Shown here piece after piece: positions 19,225 through 28,847 of a DNA stretch of 64,000 nt (its first letter is position 1; every line of letters starts with the position of its first letter). The notes beneath the pieces are model-generated. The model made no database searches and was not told the origin of the DNA. It saw nothing but the letters and a program-made list of their open reading frames with translations. The stretch is taken from assembly GCA_016194335.1 (NCBI GenBank), contig JACQBR010000008.1, positions 864-64,863 on the forward strand, in the 5' to 3' direction. Made by a program: the position numbers and the translations under genes. The stretch is from Candidatus Micrarchaeota archaeon. GTDB lineage: Archaea > Micrarchaeota > Micrarchaeia > Norongarragalinales > UBA97.

Positions 19225-19953
19225 GTGGTGCTCTTGTCTTCAAAACTGGTCAACGGTTCTCAACCCGTGGTGATTTCCCTGGGCGGAAGCATGCTTTTCA
19301 GGCAGGGCGGGGAGATTGACGACGGTTACATAGCTGATTTTGCAGAGTTGGTTGGGGAGAACCATTCAAAGGGCCTCAAGTTTGCAATTCTCGTAGGGGG
19401 GGGCAAGACCAATTCCGAATACGCCAGGGCAGTCAGGGCGCTTGCGGACAACGAGTTCCTTGCCGACCGCGTTGGCATTTCCGTAACGCGGCTCAACGCC
19501 CAGCTGCTCATTGCCGCGATGGAGGGCATTGCCTACCCCCGCGTGCTTACCGACTTTGACAATGCGGTGGACGCCCTGCGCGAGGGGCTTACCCCCGTGA
19601 TGGGGGGGATGCTCGAGGGGATCACCACCGACACCGACGCAGTGCTTCTTGCGGAGAGGATAGGCGCAAAGACGCTTCTGAACCTCAGCAACGTGGAGGC
19701 GGTTTTCGACTCCGATCCCAAGGTCAACCCCAAGGCGAAGAAATACTCCTCGATGAGCCACGCGCAGCTGGTGGAACTTGCCAGCAGGAGCGACGACCGC
19801 AGGGCGCGGACGCATTTCGTCTTCGACCTCATCGCATGCAAGCTCGCGGCCCGCTCAGGAATTGCCGTGCACTTCATCCACGGAAGGAAGCTGGACGAGG
19901 TGCAGAAGGCCATTGACGGCAAGGGCCACTCTGGGACGGTGGTGAGGAGTTAG
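19225..19953 (+). CDS. pyrH: UMP kinase (archaeal type)
   Basis: VISLGGS, VGGG, TRLNA.LL, TTD..A, DP+.NP.AK, FD..A. Confidence 0.95.
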   Translation: MVLLSSKLVNGSQPVVISLGGSMLFRQGGEIDDGYIADFAELVGENHSKGLKFAILVGGGKTNSEYARAVRALADNEFLADRVGISVTRLNAQLLIAAMEGIAYPRVLTDFDNAVDALREGLTPVMGGMLEGITTDTDAVLLAERIGAKTLLNLSNVEAVFDSDPKVNPKAKKYSSMSHAQLVELASRSDDRRARTHFVFDLIACKLAARSGIAVHFIHGRKLDEVQKAIDGKGHSGTVVRS

Positions 19954-19959
19954 GGGGGA

Positions 19960-20721
19960 ATGGGAAGGAAAACGGCGAGGCGACTAAGCAGCAGCTCCAA
20001 CGGTAGAAAAATCCTAATTGTAAAAAACGCGCACCACGAAGGACCGGGCTTGATCGCGCAGTTCCTCAAGACGCATGGCGTCCCTCACGACGTTGTGGAC
20101 CTGGGCGAAACGGAATTCCCCAAGGTCAGGAATTACTCGGCAGTCATCGTTTTGGGCGGGCCGGACAGCGCCAATGACAACTCGCCTAAAATGAAGCTGG
20201 AGCTTGAGAGAATCAGGCAGGCGATAGCTTCCGGAAAACCGTTTTTGGGCGTGTGCCTTGGGATGCAGGCCCTTGTGAAGGCCGCCGGCGGGACTGTGGT
20301 TGCAAATAAGGTGAAGGAAATAGGCTTTCGCGACCACGAGCGCTCGATTTTTGGAATTGAAAAGACAATGGCGGGCAGGAAAGACCCTCTCCTTGCAGGG
20401 CTTGAAAACACGCTGAACATCTTCCACCTCCACGGCGAGACCGTCGCCCCCGCCGATGGAATGGCGGGCAGATTGACTGTCCTTGCGACCGGCAGGCACT
20501 GCCACCACCAAATCGTTCGGGTTGGAAGGAACGCGTGGGGAATCCAGGGCCACTTCGAACTCACGCCCGGGATGCTGCGCCAATGGCACAAGATAGATGG
20601 TGACTTGAATGCCAGGAACCTCGCTCAGTTGAGGAAGGACTACGCGGGCCTGAGGGAACAGCTCGAATCGAATTGCAATGCAATCGTGGGCAATTTCCTC
20701 AAGCGCGCCGGGGTTCTATAG
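19960..20721 (+). CDS. Class I glutamine amidotransferase
   Basis: EGPG, LGGP.S, LGVCLGMQ, QGHFE catalytic motifs. Confidence 0.9.
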   Translation: MGRKTARRLSSSSNGRKILIVKNAHHEGPGLIAQFLKTHGVPHDVVDLGETEFPKVRNYSAVIVLGGPDSANDNSPKMKLELERIRQAIASGKPFLGVCLGMQALVKAAGGTVVANKVKEIGFRDHERSIFGIEKTMAGRKDPLLAGLENTLNIFHLHGETVAPADGMAGRLTVLATGRHCHHQIVRVGRNAWGIQGHFELTPGMLRQWHKIDGDLNARNLAQLRKDYAGLREQLESNCNAIVGNFLKRAGVL

Positions 20722-20732
20722 ACCGATTCCGC

Positions 20733-21311
20733 CTAACCTTTTCTTGCAACCGGCCGCCCGACCCGCCTTAGGGAAGCGGAGATTCTTTGCAGGCGTGCTT
20801 TTGCAATCGAGTCCTCCCGCAGTCGCTTCTCTTCTGAATCTTGTTTTTGCCTTAGTTGCTCCTCGAGCGTTTCGATTCTTGCCTGCAACTCTGCGTTGCG
20901 TCGCAGAGCATGGGCGCCTGCCGTTTTTTCCGCAGCAAAAGCGCGGCTTTCTGAAATGATTTTGGCAATGCCAAGTTGGTACTTGCTTAACGCGTAATCG
21001 CCGCCCAGCGTCCTGAGGCTGGGCTGGTGCCCTGCCATGTGGTCGAGGGGCCTGAGCCGGCCGGCGACTTCCTGCTCCAATTCCTCCATTCGATTGAATG
21101 CTTCCATGAACCCGCCGGGCGCGCCTTTGGGCGGTTTGGCATCCCAACCAAGCATTTTCCCTCCGTTGTGCCTGATGACTTCCTTCCGCGCCTTTTCGTA
21201 AGCGAGGCATTTGTCCCTGAACTCGCGCGTAATCCAGTCAGGAAAAGCCCTCTCGAACTCCGTGCCTCTGGCAGCCCCATTCCGCCTTCCGGGTATTTTT
21301 GTCCTCGCCAT
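20733..21311 (-). CDS. Hypothetical protein with C-terminal coiled coil
   Basis: ORF starting just after the upstream small gene; charged helical tail. Confidence 0.55.
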   Translation of the reverse strand: MARTKIPGRRNGAARGTEFERAFPDWITREFRDKCLAYEKARKEVIRHNGGKMLGWDAKPPKGAPGGFMEAFNRMEELEQEVAGRLRPLDHMAGHQPSLRTLGGDYALSKYQLGIAKIISESRAFAAEKTAGAHALRRNAELQARIETLEEQLRQKQDSEEKRLREDSIAKARLQRISASLRRVGRPVARKG

Positions 21312-21312
21312 C

Positions 21313-21519
21313 TTAAACCCACCCCTGGTGCCGAATGTAAAAGTAGAAGCTGATTGCGTAAAGCAGAACGCCAACAATTACCAATACTGGCATTGCAATC
21401 GAATCCTGCTTTGCAAGGAACATCCCGTAGCCAAGGCCGAGAAAACCCAGGCCAAGGGTGGCGAGGTAGCTCGCCTCGCCGAGAAGTTCATCCTTAACTA
21501 GTCTTGTTGTTAGCACCAT
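21313..21519 (-). CDS. Small two-TM membrane protein
   Basis: EASYLATLGLGFLGLGYGMF plus a second hydrophobic helix; paralog immediately upstream. Confidence 0.6.
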   Translation of the reverse strand: MVLTTRLVKDELLGEASYLATLGLGFLGLGYGMFLAKQDSIAMPVLVIVGVLLYAISFYFYIRHQGWV

Positions 21520-21542
21520 CTGCTTTCCATCCAATTTTTGTT

Positions 21543-21710
21543 TTAACCCATTGGAATATGCCCCAAATTAGAAAAACCGCCACCATACGCCGGGAATGTC
21601 GCATAGTTCTTGGATTCGTTTATGCCGAACATAGCATAACCTAATGCCAAAAATCCAATGCCGATTGTTGCAAGATAGGTTGCTTCTTCCAATGATTTTC
21701 CCGAATTCAT
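21543..21710 (-). CDS. Paralogous small membrane protein, probably frameshifted (not in the ORF track)
   Basis: MNSGKSLEEATYLATIGIGFLALGYAMF; a second TM (MVAVFLIWGIFQW) lies in the +1 frame. Confidence 0.55.
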   Translation of the reverse strand: MNSGKSLEEATYLATIGIGFLALGYAMFGINESKNYATFPAYGGGFSNLGHIPMG

Positions 21711-21734
21711 CTAACTCGCCTACGCATTTCTTAT

Positions 21735-24287
21735 TCACTCATCTTTCCTGCCCCTCTCCAAGAGCGCCCGCATCTCCGCGCTTGCCACGACCTTGCGCGT
21801 GAGGTCGACCACGTCGGGGTTGACGCTGATGGAGTCAATGCCGTAATCGACCAGCTTTTCGGCAAACTCTGGGTAGACGCTTGGCGCCTGGCCGCAGATT
21901 CCCACCTTCACCCCGTATTTGTGGCAGGTGACGATGACGTGCTTGAGGCTTTGGTAAATCGCGTCGTCCCGCTCGTCGAACTCCTCCGCGACGATGGGGT
22001 TGTCGCGGTCGATTCCAAGCGTGAGCTGCGTGAGGTCGTTGCTGCCGATTGAGAAGAAGTCGGCTCCGGCCTTGCAGAATTCCTCGGCGAGAATCACGTT
22101 TGAAGGCACTTCGCACATCATCCCCAGCTTGAAGTCGCGGCTCTTGTGAAGCCCGCTTGCCTCGACGAGCTTTTTCACCTGCGTAAACTCGTGCACCGTG
22201 CGCACCACGGGAATCATGAGGTGGAGGTTTTTCATTCCGTACTGCTCGCGCACTTTCTTGATTGCCTCGAGCTCGAGGGCGAATTCCTCCGGGTCCTTGA
22301 TGTAGCGGAAGCACCCTCGGTAGCCGATCATGGGATTCTCCTCGTGGGGCTCGAATTCCTCCCCGCCCTCGAGATTGCGGTATTCGTTTGTCTTGAAGTC
22401 GGTAGCGCGGTAGATTATGGGCCGGGGGTAGAATGCCGCGCAGACTTTGCGCAGGCCCTTGGCAAGCGAGTCGACGAATTCCTGTTGCCTCCCTTCCTTG
22501 ATGAGCTTCTTGGGGTGCACGCCGATTCCCGCGATCATGAATTCCGCGCGCAGCAGGCCCACGCCGTCAACCGCCAGGTCTGCGGTCCTGTCGGCAAGCT
22601 CCGGTTCGGCGATGTTGACGTAAATTTTAGTTCCCGTGATGATGGGAGATGCGCGCGTGACGTGTTCGGCAACCTGCTGTGCCGGCGTCTTGGCCTCGGC
22701 CATTTCCAGCTTCCCTTCGTAGATGATTCCGCGCTTGGCGTCCACAGTGACGATTTCGTCCTCGTGAAGGGCCGAGGTGCCGTTGCGCGTGCCGACGACG
22801 CAGGGGACGCCGAGCTCGCGCGAGACGATTGCCGCGTGGCAGGTCATCCCGCCCTCGTCTGTGATTATGGCCTTGGCGCGCTTCATTGCGGGCACGAAGT
22901 CGGGCGTGGTCATGTGGGTGACGAGCACGTCCCCGTTCTTGACCCTGTAGATTTCCTTGATGTCAAGGATGATTCGCACCGGTCCCGACGCGATGCCGGG
23001 TGCCGCGCCCAGGCCGTGCAGGAGCGCAACGTCGCCGCCCGCTTTGACCGCGGTGCTTTCCCCGCTTGGGGAGACCACGTGGATGGTGGGCGTTGAAGGA
23101 AGGTTTGACGACGGGAGACTTGAATCGCTTGGGGAGAAGCTGGAGCCTGTTGAATAAGTGGAGGAGAGGCCGCTTTGGGGGTTTGCCATCATCGCCATCG
23201 CGTCGGCTGAAGGGGATTGTGTCGAATCGGGGTTGGGCTGGCCATCGGCATTTTCCGGCGCGGCGTCGTCGGTCTTGCGGTCAAGCGTGGTGATCGGCCT
23301 GCTCTGGACGATGTAGGTCCTTCCGCCCTCGATTGCCCACTCGATGTCCTGAGGCGAGCCGTAGTGCCTCTCGATGCTTCGGCCGATTGAGGCGATTTCC
23401 ATCACCGCCCCGTCGCTCACCTTCTGCGCCTCGACGAGTTCCTGCGGCACGTCAAGCTCGTCGTTGCCCTGGCCGTCCCTGCGCCTGACAATCATTTTTT
23501 CCTGCGCGTTGACCTGCTTTGAGATTATTTGCAGCGAGTTCTTGTCCACCTCGAAATGGTCGGGCGTAATCATGCCGCTAACGATCGCCTCGCCCAATCC
23601 CAGCCCGCCTTCAATCACGATTCGGCCGTGGTCTTGCGAAATGGGGTCGACGGTGAACATCACTCCCGACGCGTCTGAATTGACCATCCTCTGCACGACC
23701 GCGCACAGCCCCACGCTGAGATGGTCGAACCCGTTTTGGATGCGGTAGTAAATCGCGCGTGCTTCGAAAAGCGACGCCCAGCATCGCTTCACGGCGTCCA
23801 CAACGCCGGCAGTGCCGCGGACGTTGAGGTAGGTGGACTGCTGGCCGGCAAAGCTCGCCTCGGGAACGTCCTCGGCAGTTGCGCTGCTTCGCACCGCAAC
23901 GTAAGCGCCGCCCTCAAAGCCGCTTATTGTGGGAAGGATTTGGTCCACTCCCGATGCCTGTGCGGAGAGTTTTTCGTAAGCCGCGCCGATGGCGTCGGAA
24001 ATTTCCTTCGGCATCTCCGCGCCCATCATTGCGGACTTGATGTCGTCACTCGCCTTCTGCAGGGCGGCGGAATCCTCCACGTCGAGGTTTTCTGTCTTTT
24101 TCTTAATGAAGGCGTCGAGGTTGTTCAGCAGTATGAATTGCCGGTAGCTCTCCACGCTGACGCAATACCCTTCGGGGACGGGAAAACCCGCGTTGGCCAT
24201 CTCGCCGAGGTTCGCGCCCTTGCCGCCCGCAATTGCGAGGGAGCCCTTGCCAAGCTCGCCAAACCAGTAAATGTGCTTGATAGCCAT
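21735..24287 (-). CDS. ppsA: Phosphoenolpyruvate synthase
   Basis: GGKGANLGE, VRSSATAED, SFAGQ, GGMTCHAAIVSRELG phospho-His, FSIGSNDLTQ. Confidence 0.97.
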   Translation of the reverse strand: MAIKHIYWFGELGKGSLAIAGGKGANLGEMANAGFPVPEGYCVSVESYRQFILLNNLDAFIKKKTENLDVEDSAALQKASDDIKSAMMGAEMPKEISDAIGAAYEKLSAQASGVDQILPTISGFEGGAYVAVRSSATAEDVPEASFAGQQSTYLNVRGTAGVVDAVKRCWASLFEARAIYYRIQNGFDHLSVGLCAVVQRMVNSDASGVMFTVDPISQDHGRIVIEGGLGLGEAIVSGMITPDHFEVDKNSLQIISKQVNAQEKMIVRRRDGQGNDELDVPQELVEAQKVSDGAVMEIASIGRSIERHYGSPQDIEWAIEGGRTYIVQSRPITTLDRKTDDAAPENADGQPNPDSTQSPSADAMAMMANPQSGLSSTYSTGSSFSPSDSSLPSSNLPSTPTIHVVSPSGESTAVKAGGDVALLHGLGAAPGIASGPVRIILDIKEIYRVKNGDVLVTHMTTPDFVPAMKRAKAIITDEGGMTCHAAIVSRELGVPCVVGTRNGTSALHEDEIVTVDAKRGIIYEGKLEMAEAKTPAQQVAEHVTRASPIITGTKIYVNIAEPELADRTADLAVDGVGLLRAEFMIAGIGVHPKKLIKEGRQQEFVDSLAKGLRKVCAAFYPRPIIYRATDFKTNEYRNLEGGEEFEPHEENPMIGYRGCFRYIKDPEEFALELEAIKKVREQYGMKNLHLMIPVVRTVHEFTQVKKLVEASGLHKSRDFKLGMMCEVPSNVILAEEFCKAGADFFSIGSNDLTQLTLGIDRDNPIVAEEFDERDDAIYQSLKHVIVTCHKYGVKVGICGQAPSVYPEFAEKLVDYGIDSISVNPDVVDLTRKVVASAEMRALLERGRKDE

Positions 24288-24498
24288 CGCATCCCCCTGG
24301 GGAAGATTAGGCGGGTGGAATTTAAAAAGAGGGGTGGCGGGCGCGAAAGCGAAAGGCGTGGCGCAGGGGGGGGAAGAGGAAAATGATGCGATTAAGGGAC
24401 CAAAGGTAGGAACTAGTCAGAATCAAGAAACTCAATAAAAGTTCTAAGGAAAAAAAGGTTAGAAAAACGGAAGTTGATGGGCGTCTGAAGTTAGCGCC

Positions 24499-25209
24499 TT
24501 ACTTCTTCTTTCCCGCCGCGGGCTTGGCCTCTTCCGCCTTTGCGGGAGCGGCGCCTTCCTTGCCCGCCGGCGCGGCGGCTACGGCGCCTTCTGCGGTTGG
24601 GGCCGCAGCGGCCTCTTCAACCTTGACTTCCTCGACTTTCTTCTTCATCTTCCTGCCCACGAGGGAGCGGAGGAGGTTTACCGAGTCGGCAGTGATGTCG
24701 CGGCTCACCACGGTGTAAGTGCCTGAGAGTTTTGTATGCGCCTTCCTGAGCGCTTCCTTCATTTCGGGAAGCTGCGCCGAGGCGATGCGGCCGCGGAAAA
24801 TTGCCTCGCCTGCGCGCACGCGCGCCATCCTCCCCTTGGGCTTGCCAAACGCGCGCTTCATCCCCTTGGAAATGCGGTCTGCCCCCGCCACGCCCAGCGC
24901 GGAGTGCTCGCGAAGCACGAGGTGGGGGAATGCGACCACTTGGAAGAAGTAGTTGTCAAGGAGCTTTTTCTCGAGGTATTTGTTAGCCGCCTGGCGCGCG
25001 GCTTCAATGGCGTTGTCGCGAAGTTGGATGTTTCCGTCGGCAACCAGCTCGACTTCAATGTCGAACCGCTTGTCCGTGCCCATGTTGTACTGGCGCACCT
25101 TCACGTGCGGTGCTCCCTTGACGTAGGACTTGCGGGGCTTTCGCCTGCTCATGCGTGCCCAAGGCTGCCCCTTCCAGTCCCTGCATGCCAGTGCCGGCCT
25201 GATTCCCAT
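24499..25209 (-). CDS. rpl10e: 50S ribosomal protein L10e/uL16 with Ala/Glu/Lys-rich tail
   Basis: RPA.ACR, AIEAAR, GADRIS.GM..AFGKP.G. Confidence 0.95.
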   Translation of the reverse strand: MGIRPALACRDWKGQPWARMSRRKPRKSYVKGAPHVKVRQYNMGTDKRFDIEVELVADGNIQLRDNAIEAARQAANKYLEKKLLDNYFFQVVAFPHLVLREHSALGVAGADRISKGMKRAFGKPKGRMARVRAGEAIFRGRIASAQLPEMKEALRKAHTKLSGTYTVVSRDITADSVNLLRSLVGRKMKKKVEEVKVEEAAAAPTAEGAVAAAPAGKEGAAPAKAEEAKPAAGKKK

Positions 25210-25289
25210 TTCTAGCCACTTGCATAAGCGTTTATAATTCGCGCTGCGTTAAGGAGTTTTACCTGCAAATGGTATAAAAAACCCATTGC

Positions 25290-25889
25290 ATGGCCGAAGT
25301 GAAAAACATGGCGATTATCGAGGATTTCCTGCGGGCTTTCATCGGCCTTGTCGTAATCATGGACCCGCTTGCGAGCATTCCCGCCTACCTCGCGCTCACG
25401 AGGAATTTCAGCCCCAAGAGGATGTTCGAGGCGGCCAACATCGCAAGCATCTCGGCGGGGGCTACCCTCATCGCATTCATTTTCGTAGGTCCCGCCCTGT
25501 TTTCGTTCCTCTCAATCACCATTGCCAACTTCAAGGTGGCGGGGGGAATCGTTCTCCTCATCATGGGAATCGAGCACGTGCTCGGCCTGAGACTGGACAG
25601 CGGGGGGAGCAAGAAGCACTATTCCCTTTCCCTCGTAATCATCGGCGTCCCGCTCATCACCGGCCCCGGCGCGCTCACCGCCGCAACGCTGCTGGCGGAC
25701 TCCGCCGGACTTTGGGTCACTGTCGCCGCCGCCCTCTGCGCAATCATCCTCACGAGAATCATCCTCGGCTACGCCGACAGGATAAGCTCCAAAGTCGGCC
25801 CTCTCGGGCTTGAAGTGTTCTCGCGCATCATGGGCCTGCTGCTCGCGGCGATTGCCGTGGCGTTCATTCGGAGCGGGCTGGTTGGCTAA
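25290..25889 (+). CDS. MarC family membrane protein
   Basis: IMDPL, FKVAGGIVL, PLITGPG, RIMGLLLAAIAV. Confidence 0.92.
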   Translation: MAEVKNMAIIEDFLRAFIGLVVIMDPLASIPAYLALTRNFSPKRMFEAANIASISAGATLIAFIFVGPALFSFLSITIANFKVAGGIVLLIMGIEHVLGLRLDSGGSKKHYSLSLVIIGVPLITGPGALTAATLLADSAGLWVTVAAALCAIILTRIILGYADRISSKVGPLGLEVFSRIMGLLLAAIAVAFIRSGLVG

Positions 25890-25913
25890 AGCTGATATTC
25901 AATTCCCGGCCTT

Positions 25914-26912
25914 TTACGCGAACTGCAGTTCCGTGAGGAATTCGCACGCCTTGCACAACCCCCCTGTTGAGCGGCCCGAATGCTTCTCCCCGCAGCGGGT
26001 GCATTGTGCCATGGGGATTTCCCGACTCGCGGCAATCGCGCTTTTTTGTGATTTACCTCCATTCAATCCTTTCTGGATTTCAAGAAACGAGTGGAGCAGA
26101 TTGAACTTCGTGCCCGGATAGTTTTTCTCCGCGCCGTTGAGGAAGTCCTTCACATAGCCGCGGAATGACTCGCCAGCGTATGGGCAACCGCCCAGGTGGA
26201 AAGGCAGGTTTTTGAGCTTGCAGAAAAGCGCGCATTCGATTTCAAGGTTGTAGACGAGGGGCTTGACGCGGCGGGCGAATCCCTCTTGCGGCTCTTCCTC
26301 CCCTCCCGCCGAGCCCATCGGGCCGTTCCTTGCCGGCTCGCTGCGCATGAGGTTCATCATAAAAGTCTGTGCCGTGTCGTCGGCATTGTGCCCGACTGCC
26401 AGCTTGTTCGCGCCCACCCCGAGCGCCGCCTTGTTCAGCGCCTGCTTGCGGAAAACCCCGCAGTAAGTGCAGGAAATTCGAGGAGTGAATCCCTCCTTTC
26501 CTTCTTGGGCCAGCTCGTCCCTGCGCGCCATCACCTCATCCATGCTTGCGGAAAAAAGTTCTTTGTAGCTGAAGGTTTGTAGAGTGTAGCCAAGCTGGCT
26601 GCAAAGTTCCTGTGCTTTGAGTGCAGCGACGTTGCGGTAGCCCTCAATCCCCTCGTCAATGAGGATGGGCTTTAGCGTGATGCCTCCAATGCGCTTCGCC
26701 ATCTTGTCAAGGCAATAGAGCATCGCGGCGCTGTCCTTCCCGCCGCTCACCCCCACCGCAACTATGTCCCCCCTGCGCAGGAGCGAGAAATCGCGGTTGG
26801 TTTTCGCAACGCGGCGTTCGAACTGCGCCGTAAAGCACCCGCCGCACAGGTCCTGCATGGTGTATTCCATTCGCATTGCCGCAGGCAGGCCGCACTTGAG
26901 ACAAGCGGACAT
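25914..26912 (-). CDS. tRNA 2-thiolation protein (Ncs6/TtuA/Ctu1 family)
   Basis: CxxC motifs, SGGKDS PP-loop, CTYCGVFR, GHNADD, CPY. Confidence 0.92.
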   Translation of the reverse strand: MSACLKCGLPAAMRMEYTMQDLCGGCFTAQFERRVAKTNRDFSLLRRGDIVAVGVSGGKDSAAMLYCLDKMAKRIGGITLKPILIDEGIEGYRNVAALKAQELCSQLGYTLQTFSYKELFSASMDEVMARRDELAQEGKEGFTPRISCTYCGVFRKQALNKAALGVGANKLAVGHNADDTAQTFMMNLMRSEPARNGPMGSAGGEEEPQEGFARRVKPLVYNLEIECALFCKLKNLPFHLGGCPYAGESFRGYVKDFLNGAEKNYPGTKFNLLHSFLEIQKGLNGGKSQKSAIAASREIPMAQCTRCGEKHSGRSTGGLCKACEFLTELQFA

Positions 26913-26949
26913 TAGGTTCGCATCACGTTCTTTTCCCGTTTCACTGTTT

Positions 26950-27153
26950 TCAACCGCCGTAAATGACTCCCAAGAGTTCGAGCTCGTCGCCTTCCTTCAA
27001 TTCGGTGGAGGGATGGGCGATTTTCCCGTTGACGGAAATGAGGAGTGTCTGGCCGTTGAGATTGCGCGAATCAATCACGTCTTGAACCGTAGTGCCTAAC
27101 TCCAGTCCCTCGTCTTCGGTCTTACCAAGGCCGTTTGAAACCCTTATTTTCAT
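26950..27153 (-). CDS. Ubiquitin-like sulfur carrier (SAMP/ThiS/MoaD)
   Basis: 67 aa, VNG, L.EGDELE, C-terminal GG; adjacent to the thiolase. Confidence 0.9.
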   Translation of the reverse strand: MKIRVSNGLGKTEDEGLELGTTVQDVIDSRNLNGQTLLISVNGKIAHPSTELKEGDELELLGVIYGG

Positions 27154-27279
27154 GTGCCGAAACGCCTTCTCCTTCTCTTTAAATCCTTTTTGCCTCTAAA
27201 GAGTTAATTACCGTTATTGAAGATGTGGGACCGAATCCTTTCCCAAAAGGGTTGCCCGAATTATTGAGGTGTTGTCATA

Positions 27280-27711
27280 ATGGGTATGTTCAAGTACGTC
27301 AGGGAATCGTTCCAGCAATCCGTTTCAAAGCATTCCGACACGTTCAAGGCCCGCCTGCAGAAGTGGAGAAAGCAGCCTAGCATCGTGCGGGTTGAGAATC
27401 CCACCAACACCGTGAGGGCCCACGAGCTGGGCTACAAGGCGAAGAAGGAGTTCGTCGTGGTGCGCATCCGCGTTTCGAAGGGAAAGCGCACGAGGCCCGC
27501 CGCGGCCCTTGGCCGCAAGCCCGGCAAGAACGTCAAGCGCGTTTCCCCCGGATTCAGCCTCCAGAATCTGGCGGAGCAGCGCACGGCGGTGAAGTACCCC
27601 AACCTCAAGGTGGTCAATTCCTACCTTGCGGGGATGGACGGCACGCACAAGTACTTCGAGGTCATCCTTCACAACGATTTTATTGCCTCCAAGCCTAATA
27701 GGCCACGCTGA
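27280..27711 (+). CDS. rpl15e: 50S ribosomal protein L15e (C-terminally short)
   Basis: WRK.P...R...PT...RA..LGYKAK, YPNL.V.NSY, YFEVIL. Confidence 0.93.
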   Translation: MGMFKYVRESFQQSVSKHSDTFKARLQKWRKQPSIVRVENPTNTVRAHELGYKAKKEFVVVRIRVSKGKRTRPAAALGRKPGKNVKRVSPGFSLQNLAEQRTAVKYPNLKVVNSYLAGMDGTHKYFEVILHNDFIASKPNRPR

Positions 27712-27716
27712 AAAAT

Positions 27717-28268
27717 ATGGAGTTCTGCGACCTCAACCTGGCAAACCCCGCGCTGGAAAAACGGGCTTTGGAACTGGGCTTTTCCCGCGCCAGGCCCGCG
27801 GCTGTTTTTGCAGTCAATTCAAGGCCCGCGCTGAGGGCATTGAGGAATTCCAATTCCGGAACAGTCGCAGTCGAGGGGAGTTCCGGAGACCTGCTCAAGG
27901 ACTGCATCCGCGAATGCAGGGATAAAATCCTTCTGATAAATCCCCATTCCGTCCCGCGCTATTTTCTCGACGACGGCCTCGTCCGTTCCGTTGCATCCGC
28001 GGCCCCAAGCCAGAGGGTCGCGTTTGAAATCCAACTGCGACCGCTGCTTCTCTCCAGTTTTGCGCAGAGGGCGAAGATAATCTCGCAAACTTCCGAATTC
28101 CTCCGCCGCTGCCTCAAGCTCGGCGCGCCTTTCGTCCTCACCTCCCGCGCGTCTAGAGAGTGGGAGCTCAAATCCCCCCGCGAAGTGATTGCAATCGGGA
28201 CTCTTTTCGGGCTCAATCACGGCCAGGCGGGAATGGCGGTTGGGAGGACTCCCGGCATCTTGTCATAA
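27717..28268 (+). CDS. rnp3: RNase P protein Rpp30
   Basis: VAFEI, P.VLTS.A...WEL+SPRE; conserved position after L15e. Confidence 0.8.
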   Translation: MEFCDLNLANPALEKRALELGFSRARPAAVFAVNSRPALRALRNSNSGTVAVEGSSGDLLKDCIRECRDKILLINPHSVPRYFLDDGLVRSVASAAPSQRVAFEIQLRPLLLSSFAQRAKIISQTSEFLRRCLKLGAPFVLTSRASREWELKSPREVIAIGTLFGLNHGQAGMAVGRTPGILS

Positions 28269-28282
28269 GCGATGGTGTGAAA

Positions 28283-28807
28283 ATGGGGCGGTTGGTAATC
28301 AGGCGTGCGGTGCTTCCGGAACTCAGGAAGTTTCTCGAGGACTATCCCGAGCCGGAGGAAGGAGGCGAACGGCGTGCGCTTTCGGCCCACTTTGAAAAGC
28401 TGGAAGAAAGGCCGGAGGGCCGGTCGGAACTCTCAGCGCTCGTGGCGGAAATCGAGAATGGCGGCGGAAGGGCCAGGGTGGGTTTTCGGACGGTTATTTA
28501 CCCAAAGGACGACAACCCGTATTTCGGGCTGGTATACGCCCATCCTGCCTATAGGCGCAGGAATCTTTCCAAAGTCCTTAATGCCGCTGCATTGCGCGAC
28601 GCTTTCGACAATAAGGGCGCTAACTACGTAGTAGGCTCTTTTGCCGCCGACGACAGGCAAACGCTTGAATCCGCAAAAAGGGCGTATGAAGAACTGGGAT
28701 TCAAAGTGAGCATCAGGGACCGGCTCTTTTCCATGGACAGGCGCCAGTATGACCGGTCACGGGAGAAGCACGCGCGGTTGCTCGATGGAGTCAAGCTGGA
28801 AATTTAG
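28283..28807 (+). CDS. GNAT-family acetyltransferase
   Basis: VYAHPAYRRRNLSK motif A; AKRAYEELGF motif B. Confidence 0.75.
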   Translation: MGRLVIRRAVLPELRKFLEDYPEPEEGGERRALSAHFEKLEERPEGRSELSALVAEIENGGGRARVGFRTVIYPKDDNPYFGLVYAHPAYRRRNLSKVLNAAALRDAFDNKGANYVVGSFAADDRQTLESAKRAYEELGFKVSIRDRLFSMDRRQYDRSREKHARLLDGVKLEI

Positions 28808-28847
28808 CCGCCAGCCTCCCATCCGCCCTTTGGGAAAAACATTGAAG

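Noticed and set aside
25914..27153. Ubiquitin-like protein plus PP-loop ATPase as a novel conjugation system
   Set aside because: It matches the known SAMP/TtuB-Ncs6/TtuA tRNA thiolation pair.
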